50,131 nt of DNA from Bacteroidales bacterium UBA2287 (GTDB lineage: Bacteria; Bacteroidota; Bacteroidia; Bacteroidales; Tenuifilaceae), in NCBI GenBank assembly GCA_002345675.1, contig DDWL01000030.1, positions 1-50,131 of the forward strand, given 5' to 3'. This document shows positions 1 through 7,915 of the stretch, in pieces. The number at the start of each line of letters is the position of its first letter. The stretch's first letter is position 1. The notes under the pieces were generated by a model. The model was not told the origin of the DNA. It did not search any database and was given only the letters and a program-made list of their open reading frames with translations. Made by a program: the position numbers and the translations under genes.

Positions 1-176
1 AAATTTCTTTCGACCACCCCTAATTACAAATCCGAATATTAATGAAGAGCCGGATTGACTTCGTCGAGCTCGCAAAGTGCGCTCGGTTTCAAATCCGGCT
101 CGACGAGCACACAAGTTACTACAAAATAGTTAATTACAGCGTAAAATGCAAAACCGATTTTAAATTTTGCTTGTAA

Positions 177-1238
177 CTACACCTTTTTTGCTTCGCTGTT
201 AATTCTATTCATAAGCTCGTCGATACGGGCAAGTGCGTTCTGAAAAAACTGAAAACGCTGCTTTTCGGCTACACCGCTAATAAGGGTCGACTTTTTAAGA
301 ATATGGCTCATCCAAGCTTCGGTTTTACGGCAGTAGTTCTGGTTTTTTGTAAACATGGTGTTAAACGAAAAGTGGCTCAAATAAACAGCCTGGCTGCTAC
401 CAATATTTACAAGAACGCAGTTATTTGTAAGTTCAACCTCGCTAACGTAAAGGTGGTAGTTTTTTTGTTCGCCTGCCGACATGTCCCTATCGTCGGCATT
501 TGCCTCGTCGGCTTGATTGAGACTTTCGTTAAGTTTTGTTTGAGCCTCGGCTTTAAGCTGAATATCCTCAATTTCCTTGCTCAAATCGGCACAAACCCTA
601 AGTGCATGCTCCTTATTTTCGAAAACCCCCGAATCCCAGTAAAACGCAATTTGCTTAAGGGTACTCTGAATGGTTGTATCGGTCCAAACTTCAACTGAGG
701 GTATTTGTATGTAGGTATCGTAAATTTGCTTTCCGGTTTCTAAAAGTTCGGTAAACTGCGAATCGGCATCGAACTTAAGTTTGCCAAGATCGGGCAAGTT
801 AAGGATAGTTCGCATCCAGTAAAATATTTTAAAACTTGCTAATACTGGGTAGTTATAGTGGTAAAAAACAGGAATATCTTGACAAGCATAAACTATTTTG
901 CTCTCCTTTGCCGATGCTATTATTTTAACATCCTCAAGCTGTTTAACCAAATACGCTGCAAAACTCTCGGCACTTGAGTCAATGGCTGCAAAGTTAAATG
1001 TAACCATCCCCGACTTAACCTTACTAAAGGTGTCGAACGAAATTTTGTAATGGTCGCAAAGCTTTATAATCTCATCAATTGTAAGCTGCGTTTCGCCACG
1101 CATGCGTCGGTATGCACTATCGGCGCTTATGCCAAGAACGTCGGAAAGTTCGCTTACCATCGACGAATTTGTGGGTATTACATCCTCAATTCCTTGTAAA
1201 AACTGAGCCTGATGGCTCTGTACTTCATTTTCCTTCAT
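177..1238 (-). CDS. Putative HTH-domain transcriptional regulator (family not recognised)
   Basis: 353-aa ORF. The N-terminal segment 'LSDVLGISADSAYRRMRGETQLTIDEI' is HTH-like. The gene is divergent from a lipoprotein gene, with dyad repeats in the shared intergenic region. Confidence 0.45.
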   Translation of the reverse strand: MKENEVQSHQAQFLQGIEDVIPTNSSMVSELSDVLGISADSAYRRMRGETQLTIDEIIKLCDHYKISFDTFSKVKSGMVTFNFAAIDSSAESFAAYLVKQLEDVKIIASAKESKIVYACQDIPVFYHYNYPVLASFKIFYWMRTILNLPDLGKLKFDADSQFTELLETGKQIYDTYIQIPSVEVWTDTTIQSTLKQIAFYWDSGVFENKEHALRVCADLSKEIEDIQLKAEAQTKLNESLNQADEANADDRDMSAGEQKNYHLYVSEVELTNNCVLVNIGSSQAVYLSHFSFNTMFTKNQNYCRKTEAWMSHILKKSTLISGVAEKQRFQFFQNALARIDELMNRINSEAKKV

Positions 1239-1252
1239 ATAATACTCACATT

Positions 1253-1413
1253 ATTTTTTGCGGAAATCAATAATCGACCCCACAAATATTTGCGAAATAT
1301 ACAACTTTTATTTTTGCTGTTGCGAAAATCGCAAATTTCGGCATTTAAGACTAAAACCCATGTTTGTTTTTTGCGAAAATCGCAAGTTTTGAAAAGGGCA
1401 CTTCGCAAATCCG
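1253..1413. promoter_or_regulatory. Operator-like dyad repeats in a divergent promoter region
   Basis: Two perfect copies of TTGCGAAAATCGCAA (TTGCGA-N3-TCGCAA inverted repeat) at 1320-1334 and 1371-1385, 51 bp apart. Half-site-like copies sit at 1289-1300 and 1401-1410. Confidence 0.4.
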
Positions 1414-1453
1414 TTTTTATTCGGTTCCCCACCGCTTTACCTTTGACCTGTAA

Positions 1454-2251
1454 ATGATGAAGAAAGTTTTAAAATCTTCGTTGAAACTAAAAGCCATGAA
1501 AAGAACTAAACTGTACCTTTTATTACTACCCAGTTTTTTCATAGTTGCGTGCAGCCCCGTTTACTACGTTCCAAACACAGTAAGCACACCACTATTTCAG
1601 GAGGAAGGCGAACTGAACCTCACGGGAATGGCGGGTGCATCGAATCACACAAGCAACGTTGGACTAAATTCCGCTTTTTCAATTTCGAACAATATTGGTG
1701 TTATGTTTAACATAGCCTCATTCGTTGACACTGACAACAAGTTCGAAGGCGACCAATCGAACTCATCCGAAAACTTAAACTACAACGCCAGTCGAAGGTC
1801 CCAAATGGCCGAAATTGGGATTGGCTACTTTAAAACCATAGAAGCCAGCAGCAACTTCATTTTCGAAACGTATATTGGCTATGGTCAGTATTCGGGAAAT
1901 GTAGCTATCGACCAAGAGCAAAGCGTTTCGTTTGGCATTAACCGCCCATTTATTCAGCCAGCTGTGGGCTTTAAGCATAAGTATTTCGAAATGGCATTTG
2001 GCGCTCGAATTATAAACCTATACTACACAAATGTAAGCCCATCGTCTGCTTTTTTGGCTAACCAGTATACCATGCAAAAATTCAACGCACTTAACAACAA
2101 AACACTACTCGAACCCTTTGCAACACTAAGGGCTGGAACAAAAAAAGTAAAACTTCAAATTCAAATTGTAAAGGCACTGAAAAATGGCAACAGCGATCTC
2201 GCCATCGACGGAGTTAATATTTCCGCTGGATTACACTTTCAGTTTAACTAA
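1454..2251 (+). CDS. Hypothetical lipoprotein
   Basis: Signal peptide with lipobox-like 'FFIVAC'. No recognisable catalytic motifs. Confidence 0.5.
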   Translation: MMKKVLKSSLKLKAMKRTKLYLLLLPSFFIVACSPVYYVPNTVSTPLFQEEGELNLTGMAGASNHTSNVGLNSAFSISNNIGVMFNIASFVDTDNKFEGDQSNSSENLNYNASRRSQMAEIGIGYFKTIEASSNFIFETYIGYGQYSGNVAIDQEQSVSFGINRPFIQPAVGFKHKYFEMAFGARIINLYYTNVSPSSAFLANQYTMQKFNALNNKTLLEPFATLRAGTKKVKLQIQIVKALKNGNSDLAIDGVNISAGLHFQFN

Positions 2252-2271
2252 ACACTAAAAAAACAAAAACT

Positions 2272-3384
2272 ATGAAAACAATTACGCAAATGGGATTTAG
2301 CATTCTGGTTGGAATTCTTTCCCTAATAAGTTTAGCAACAAGCGGACAGGAACGCCAAAAAATTGCAGTAATAAGCATGGAAACCAAAAACGTACCGTAC
2401 GACAACGAAGCCCTTACAAGTTTGGTTCATCTCGAACTCGAAAAAATTGGGCAATACGAAGTACTCGATAGGTTCGATGTTTCGGATATTTTAAAGGAAA
2501 ATAATATCGACCTAACAGCATGCCTTGGCAAAAACTGCCAGGTTCGTGTAGGAAAACTTTTAAAGGCCGACAAAATGGTGTCGGGAAGTATCGAAAAGTT
2601 TGGACAAAAGGTAATAATTGTACTGCGACTAATTGATATTGAAACCGAAACTTTCGAGAAAAGCGACGTTGCCGAGTACATAAATCAACTCGAAGAAATT
2701 CAGCTTATGGTTCAACTTTCGCTTAACAATCTTATGGGATTGGCCAGCGACCAAAAAACAAAGGAGTTACTCATTTCGTACTCGCAGCCAATTAGCAGTC
2801 CAAAAACCACGGCCAACTTAAACGGCCCACGCATGGGAGTTTCGTACATTTCGGGCGCTATTGGCAAAAGGCTTTCGGCTCCAAAAAGCGAAGGGGGTTA
2901 TAATATGTACCCTGCAATGATGATGTTTGGTTACCAGCAAGAAGTTCAGTACTTAACAGCAGGTTACTTTCAGGCTCTTGTTGAAATGATATTTGCAGTA
3001 AACGGGTTAGAATCAGGTATGTTTGCACCATCGCTAATGATTATGAACGGGTTACGATTTAACCAAATTGGCTTGGAGTTTGGCGTTGGGCCTATTATTA
3101 GAGCGTCGAAAATGGCTTCAGGTTACTATGACAATGAAGGTAAATGGGTTATGGCAAGCTTTGTTCCTGCCGAGTTGAGCTACCTTAAACTTGAGGAAAC
3201 CATTGACAGCAGAGGAAACCTAAAACTAACAACAGGAATGATAATTGCCGTAGGCAAAACCTTTACCTCGGGTTACCTAAATGTTCCTGTTAACGTTTTC
3301 TTTTCGCCTCGAAAAGAGGGTAACGTTTACGGGTTGTCGTTTGGGTTTAATGTGGCTAAAACGAATAGGCCAATAACAAAGTAG
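2272..3384 (+). CDS. Hypothetical secreted/outer-membrane protein
   Basis: N-terminal signal peptide and a Gly/aromatic-rich C-terminal half. Separated from the upstream lipoprotein gene by a 20-bp gap (2252-2271). Confidence 0.5.
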   Translation: MKTITQMGFSILVGILSLISLATSGQERQKIAVISMETKNVPYDNEALTSLVHLELEKIGQYEVLDRFDVSDILKENNIDLTACLGKNCQVRVGKLLKADKMVSGSIEKFGQKVIIVLRLIDIETETFEKSDVAEYINQLEEIQLMVQLSLNNLMGLASDQKTKELLISYSQPISSPKTTANLNGPRMGVSYISGAIGKRLSAPKSEGGYNMYPAMMMFGYQQEVQYLTAGYFQALVEMIFAVNGLESGMFAPSLMIMNGLRFNQIGLEFGVGPIIRASKMASGYYDNEGKWVMASFVPAELSYLKLEETIDSRGNLKLTTGMIIAVGKTFTSGYLNVPVNVFFSPRKEGNVYGLSFGFNVAKTNRPITK

Positions 3385-3432
3385 CAAAACATGTTTTAAG
3401 CTGAAACACCTACTTTCAAATAACTAATCTCA

Positions 3433-3471
3433 TTTACAGCCTCGAACAAATATTTGAGGCTGTAAATTTTT
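3433..3471 (+). terminator. Rho-independent terminator
   Basis: 11-bp perfect stem TTTACAGCCTC/GAGGCTGTAAA followed by a T-run. Confidence 0.6.
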
Positions 3472-3528
3472 GTACAAATAGATATTTATGAAAAATGCGA
3501 ATCATTTGTATTTATTATTAAAAATAAA

Positions 3529-3559
3529 TTGCTCTTATAAATTTTATGTCGTATGTTTG
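3529..3559 (+). promoter_or_regulatory. Candidate Bacteroidota sigma-A promoter
   Basis: TTG at 3529-3531 and TATGTTTG at 3552-3559 (matches the TAnnTTTG -7 motif). The box lies 20 nt upstream of the arsR ATG. Confidence 0.3.
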
Positions 3560-3578
3560 CGTCATAATACATTAAACA

Positions 3579-3920
3579 ATGACTTACCATAAAACAGCAC
3601 TTTTCGAAGCAGACTTGCAAGAACTTTCGGCGTTAGCTAAAACACTATCGCACCCAGCAAGGCTCGCCATTTTAAAGTACCTGGCAAATGCCAACACCTG
3701 CATTTCGGGCGACATAACCGACGAAATTCCGCTGAGTCGCACTACCGTTTCACAGCACCTTCAGGAGCTAAAAAAGGCTGGCTTAATTCATGGCGAAATC
3801 GACGGAACTAAGGTTTGCTACTGCATTTGCAAGGAAAATGTCGAAAAGGCAATGGCTACTTTTAATTCCTTTTTTAACGAGGTTAACCTAGGCAACTCAA
3901 ATAACTGTAGTACAAAATAG
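3579..3920 (+). CDS. arsR: ArsR/SmtB family transcriptional repressor
   Basis: wHTH motif 'HPARLAILKYL...CISGDITDEIPLSRTTVSQHLQELKKAGLI'. First gene of the ars operon. Confidence 0.85.
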   Translation: MTYHKTALFEADLQELSALAKTLSHPARLAILKYLANANTCISGDITDEIPLSRTTVSQHLQELKKAGLIHGEIDGTKVCYCICKENVEKAMATFNSFFNEVNLGNSNNCSTK

Positions 3921-3944
3921 TAACCAAAATAACACCAGTCTAAA

Positions 3945-4391
3945 ATGACGAAAATCCTAATTCTTTGTACTGGCAACTCGTGCCGTAGCCAAATGGCCGA
4001 GGGTTTCCTTAAGTCGTACTGTAATAATGTTGAAGTTTATTCAGCCGGAACTGCACCTTCGGGGCAAGTACACCCTTTGGCCGTTAAGGCCATGAACGAA
4101 GTTGGTATCGACCTGTCGACAAACCAGCCCAAAAGTGTCGACCAGTTTCTAGGTATCGACTTCGACTATGTAATTACCGTTTGTGGTGGAGCCAACGAAA
4201 GCTGCCCAGCATTTACAGGTAAAGTTGCCAACCGCTGGCACATTGGTTTCGACGATCCTGCCGAAGCAACTGGAACCGAAGAAGAACAAATGGTGGTTTT
4301 CCGTCGTGTTCGAAACGAAATTTCCGAGGCCTTTGCCTCTTTTTATAAATCGCAAATACTTAAACAACATGGATGCAACTGCTGCCAATAA
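3945..4391 (+). CDS. arsC: Arsenate reductase, LMW-PTP (thioredoxin-coupled) type
   Basis: P-loop 'ILILCTGNSCRSQMAEG' and 'DYVITVCGGANESCP' motifs. Confidence 0.9.
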   Translation: MTKILILCTGNSCRSQMAEGFLKSYCNNVEVYSAGTAPSGQVHPLAVKAMNEVGIDLSTNQPKSVDQFLGIDFDYVITVCGGANESCPAFTGKVANRWHIGFDDPAEATGTEEEQMVVFRRVRNEISEAFASFYKSQILKQHGCNCCQ

Positions 4392-5187
4392 CAAAAAAAT
4401 TAAAGAGATTGTACGCGAAAAGTATTCGCAAATTGCTTTGCAAAGCCAAGACTCCGGATGCTGCTGTGGTTGTAGTTGCGGAAGCAATGAAGAAACTGTC
4501 GACTACACCCAGTTTAGCGAAAGCTACGATAGCCTTAAAGGCTACAATTCCGATGCCGACCTCGGCTTAGGCTGCGGGCTACCCACTCAGTTTGCCAAAA
4601 TTAAAAAAGGCGACACGGTAGTCGATTTAGGTTCGGGAGCGGGTAACGATTGCTTTGTGGCTCGTGCCGAAACAGGCGAAAACGGCAAGGTTATTGGAAT
4701 CGACTTTTCCGACGAAATGCTCGCTAAGGCTCGCACAAATGCCGCTAAACTTGGCTTTTCGAACATTGAATTTATTAAGGGCGACATTGAGGAACTACCC
4801 CTCGAGTCGAACATTGCCAATGTGGTGGTTAGCAACTGTGTTCTTAACCTCGTTCCCGACAAGCAAAAGGCGTTTAACCAAATATTCCGCATTTTAAAGC
4901 CACAAGGGCATTTCAGCATAAGCGATGTTGTGCTTATTGGCGAACTACCCAGCAAACTTCGGGATGCTGCCGAAATGTATGCAGGCTGCGTATCGGGAGC
5001 CATTCAAAAAAACGACTACCTCGACGTAATTCGTAATGCAGGCTTCAAAAACACTATAATTCAAAAGGAAAAAGCAATTACAATTCCCGATGAGATAATG
5101 CTAAACTTTTTAAACTTCGAAGAGCTTAAAGCCTTTAAGCAAAGCGGTGTTGGAATTTTTAGCATAACTGTTTATGGCGAGAAATAG
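4369..5187 (+). CDS. arsM: Arsenite S-adenosylmethionine methyltransferase
   Basis: SAM motif 'VVDLGSGAGNDCF'. Cys-rich N-terminus 'GCCCGCSC', with conserved Cys in 'LGCGLP', 'SNCVLNL' and 'AGCVSG'. The ATG at 4369 overlaps the arsC 3' end by 23 nt. The longer track ORF from 4183 is an artefact. Confidence 0.85.
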   Translation: MDATAANNKKIKEIVREKYSQIALQSQDSGCCCGCSCGSNEETVDYTQFSESYDSLKGYNSDADLGLGCGLPTQFAKIKKGDTVVDLGSGAGNDCFVARAETGENGKVIGIDFSDEMLAKARTNAAKLGFSNIEFIKGDIEELPLESNIANVVVSNCVLNLVPDKQKAFNQIFRILKPQGHFSISDVVLIGELPSKLRDAAEMYAGCVSGAIQKNDYLDVIRNAGFKNTIIQKEKAITIPDEIMLNFLNFEELKAFKQSGVGIFSITVYGEK

Positions 5188-5235
5188 CAAATTTATTTGT
5201 TAAGGTGCTTCACAACGACAAAAAGAATTTGTTAA

Positions 5236-5271
5236 AGTGGGTTCAGTTTAAGGCTGAACCCACTTTTTTTA
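5236..5271 (+). terminator. Rho-independent terminator of the ars operon
   Basis: Stem AGTGGGTTCAG/CTGAACCCACT followed by T7. Confidence 0.7.
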
Positions 5272-5348
5272 TTTCAGACTATTCAAAACAAAGGCTGTAG
5301 TTTAAAATAGCGTGTGTTATTTATTCACACCGCGTTTCCAACCGAGCG

Positions 5349-5733
5349 TCCCGATAGTTATCCATAGCCGTCAGGTTAAGGATGCATTTATCTGATAATC
5401 AACATCAATTTGGTGATAAAGAGAAGTAAGTATTTTAGCTACGGAGTAGCTAACTGTTTATAGAAACAAAAATTATTATTAACCAAAAGCTCCAGAGGAG
5501 CGTCCTGTAATTATGGCAACCGAGCTTGCGAGCTCAGCCCCGCCTGCGTGCTATCACTTCGGCAGGCAGGGAAACTAAACAACTATTCACAGAGCGCTCC
5601 TCTGGAGCTTAAATGCTTGTGTAAATATTTACTATAAACATAAAGCCCCGCTGGGGCAGGTTAAAACAATTGATAATATTGATTTTAAAATATTAGCCTG
5701 ACGGCTATGGATAGTTATCGGGATGCGAGCTCA
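5349..5733. mobile_element. 359-bp MITE-like element (5362-5720) inserted into a palindromic repeat unit
   Basis: 14-bp perfect TIRs CCATAGCCGTCAGG/CCTGACGGCTATGG. It is flanked by a DIRECT 8-bp repeat ATAGTTAT (5354-5361 and 5721-5728). The reconstructed empty site TCCCGATAGTTATCGGGA is identical to the solo hairpin at 9493-9510. The element is non-coding and contains a nested ~120-bp unit with 16-bp inverted repeats (5489-5504 and 5593-5608). Confidence 0.55.
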
Positions 5734-5967
5734 GCGGAGCTAAACTACATCCAAAACAACTCTTATTCTGTTAATTATCTGCACATTAAAGAAATATTTA
5801 AGGTGCTATTTGTAGTTTTTTACGACCCACACTGTACTAATCTCTGAATATCATATATTTGTTTATAATTTTTGTTTAATTTTATCTACGTTTTACAGCT
5901 TTCGTTTTTCTTTTGATTTTTTTGCACTAAAAAGTCTCAATAAAAAAGTCACCTTAAATAACTGTAG

Positions 5968-6753
5968 ATGAAAAAAGATCATAAAATCTCCGAAAAGAGT
6001 CATAACCTTTTTATCTTTCTTTCTACATTTTTTATTGCTAATGCCCTATTAGCCGAGTTTATTGGAGTTAAAATTTTATCGCTCGAAAAAATTCTCAGCA
6101 TAAATCCTGTTAACATTCCTTTTATTGGTGATTCGTTTTTAAGCCTAAACATGAGCGTTGGCGTAATAATTTGGCCAATTGTTTTTATAATATCCGATGT
6201 AATAAACGAGTATTACGGACGAAAAGGGGTTCAGAAAATAAGCTTAATTGCTGCGCTATTAATTCTTTACTCCTTTGTAATTGTTCTTTTCTCAACCGAA
6301 TCGCCTCCTGCCGATTTTTGGCTCGAAAACAACTCCGTCGACTCCAGCGGAAATGCATTTAACATTAACTTTGCTTACAACTCCATTTTCCGCCAAGGAA
6401 TGGGAATTATTGTAGGCTCCCTTACTGCATTTCTGGTTGGTCAGTTTGTCGATGCGTACACGTTTCATTACCTTCGAATTCTTACAAACCACAAGTGGCT
6501 TTGGCTTCGTGCAACTGGCTCCACTGTTGTTTCGCAACTTGTCGACAGTTTCCTAATTCTTTTCATTGCCTTTTACCTGTTGGGAAATTGGTCCTTTATC
6601 GAGGTTATTTCTGTAGGGCTAATTCAATACTTCTATAAAATTTTCATTGCAATTGTTTTAACTCCCGTAATTTACTGGATGCACATTGTAATTGACAAAT
6701 ACCTCGGCGAAGAACGAGTTAAAGAAATGATAGAAAAAGCCACAACGGCATAA
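5968..6753 (+). CDS. yhhQ: YhhQ/DUF165 family queuosine-precursor (VUT-type) transporter
   Basis: Motifs 'PIVFIISDVINEYYGRK', 'VGQFVDAYTFHYLR' and 'ATGSTVVSQLVDSFLILFIAF' match YhhQ. Confidence 0.75.
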   Translation: MKKDHKISEKSHNLFIFLSTFFIANALLAEFIGVKILSLEKILSINPVNIPFIGDSFLSLNMSVGVIIWPIVFIISDVINEYYGRKGVQKISLIAALLILYSFVIVLFSTESPPADFWLENNSVDSSGNAFNINFAYNSIFRQGMGIIVGSLTAFLVGQFVDAYTFHYLRILTNHKWLWLRATGSTVVSQLVDSFLILFIAFYLLGNWSFIEVISVGLIQYFYKIFIAIVLTPVIYWMHIVIDKYLGEERVKEMIEKATTA

Positions 6754-6925
6754 CTTTTTACCCAATATTTTTTTACTCAACTATATAGCCTTTCACTTAA
6801 ATACAATTGGATATTTAATTGAATTTCTGCTTATTAAACACACCTCCCCTCAATATTGCTACTCCTGCACAGCGGATTTAAAAAACTGTTTAAGTTTTTT
6901 ATTTGGAAAATCAGTATAACATTAG

Positions 6926-7049
6926 CCACGGGCTTAAGCCCGTGGATTTAATGCTGGGAATGATATGGCTTTAGCCAAACTTTCAAATCGTTTTTGGGCT
7001 CAAAGCCCAATATTTTTAACATTAATTCCCCACGGGCTTAAGCCCGTGG
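6926..7049. repeat. Twin 20-bp perfect palindromes flanking a third hairpin
   Basis: CCACGGGCTTAAGCCCGTGG at 6926-6945 and 7030-7049. Hairpin TTGGGCTCAAAGCCCAA at 6994-7010. Confidence 0.5.
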
Positions 7050-7180
7050 CAATTGAAAATAAATCAAATTTAAACAGTTTTTGGTCTTCTTTTTATTGTT
7101 CTCCCAAGCTAAAAAACACCTTTACTATTACAAACTCCTACTTTTTTTATATCTTCACAACACCTAATTAATAACACAAA

Positions 7181-7774
7181 ATGATACTACTTGACTTTAG
7201 CACTTGGTGGGATGGTCTTTCCTCTTTTGCTACAATTTTCTGGATTATAGCCATTCCAGCTTCGCTGGTTTTTGTAATTCAACTGGTAATGACCCTCATT
7301 GGCGCTGATGCCGACCACGATGGAATTGACGCCATTGGCGACTCCGACGCTAGCATCGAGGGCGACTCGGGTGTTGGATTTCAGTTCATCAGCCTAAAAA
7401 ATTTCATTGCCTTCTTCACCGTTTTTGGCTGGGTAGGTTTAGCCTGTATTTACGGAGAACTCCCCTACTGGGCAACTGTTCTTATTTCAACCGTTTCGGG
7501 AGTTCTTATGATGGTACTAATGGCCTCCATTTACTACTTTATGGGAAAACTTTCCGAATCGGGAAATGTTAAAATGGAAGGCGCCATTGGCAAAACTGCT
7601 ACTGTTTACCTATTCATCCCTCCAAAGCGCAATGCAACTGGCAAAGTTCAGCTGCAGCTGCAAGGGTATCGCACGCTCGATGCCATGACCGACGACGAGG
7701 AGCAAATACCAACAGGAGCAATTGTTCAGGTTGTCGACATAATTAACGACGAAATTCTTTTAGTGAAAAGATAG
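7181..7774 (+). CDS. NfeD-like membrane protein (flotillin partner)
   Basis: Polytopic N-terminus plus a C-terminal OB-like soluble domain. Located immediately upstream of the flotillin gene, as with YuaF/YqeZ-flotillin pairs. Confidence 0.65.
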   Translation: MILLDFSTWWDGLSSFATIFWIIAIPASLVFVIQLVMTLIGADADHDGIDAIGDSDASIEGDSGVGFQFISLKNFIAFFTVFGWVGLACIYGELPYWATVLISTVSGVLMMVLMASIYYFMGKLSESGNVKMEGAIGKTATVYLFIPPKRNATGKVQLQLQGYRTLDAMTDDEEQIPTGAIVQVVDIINDEILLVKR

Positions 7775-7777
7775 GAT

Positions 7778-7852
7778 AGTCGGAAGTCGGAAGACCGAAG
7801 ACCGAAGTTTGTCGCACTAAATCTTCGGACTCCCGACTTCGGACTTCGGACT
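7778..7852. other. Long imperfect hairpin built of GTCGGAAG/GACCGAAG repeat units
   Basis: AGTCGGAAGTCGGAAGACCGAAGACCGAAG ... CTTCGGACTCCCGACTTCGGACTTCGGAC, lying between nfeD and the flotillin gene. Confidence 0.45.
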
Positions 7853-7855
7853 TAA

Positions 7856-7911
7856 AATAACTCAATAACTCAATAACTTAATAACTTAATAACCAAATAA
7901 CCAAATAACTT
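7856..7911. repeat. 7 tandem copies of an 8-bp unit AATAACYN
   Basis: AATAACTC x2, AATAACTT x2, AATAACCA x2, AATAACTT. The array ends 4 nt before the flotillin ATG (7916). Confidence 0.7.
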
Positions 7912-7915
7912 AAAA

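Noticed and set aside
4183-4368. N-terminal extension of the arsM track ORF overlapping arsC in another frame
   Set aside because: The extension has no ArsM-like sequence. The conserved ArsM N-terminus starts at the ATG at 4369 ('MDATAANNKK...'). The extension is a frame artefact of the overlap.
5349-5733. Structured ncRNA gene (tmRNA, RNase P, 6S, group II intron fragment)
   Set aside because: None of their conserved motifs is present. Perfect TIRs plus a direct 8-bp duplication and a reconstructable empty site favour a transposon-derived element.
5800-5967. preQ1 riboswitch upstream of yhhQ
   Set aside because: I looked for preQ1-I and preQ1-II hallmarks (a short hairpin with UUCNAGC-like loop plus an A-rich tail). 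No convincing match was found. The upstream structured DNA is better explained as a MITE.
6965-7171. 68-aa ORF in the palindrome region
   Set aside because: It spans two 20-bp palindromes and a hairpin and has low-complexity composition. It is almost certainly non-coding.
7856-7911. CRISPR array
   Set aside because: The units are 8 bp, with no spacers and no cas genes. This is a simple microsatellite-like tandem repeat.
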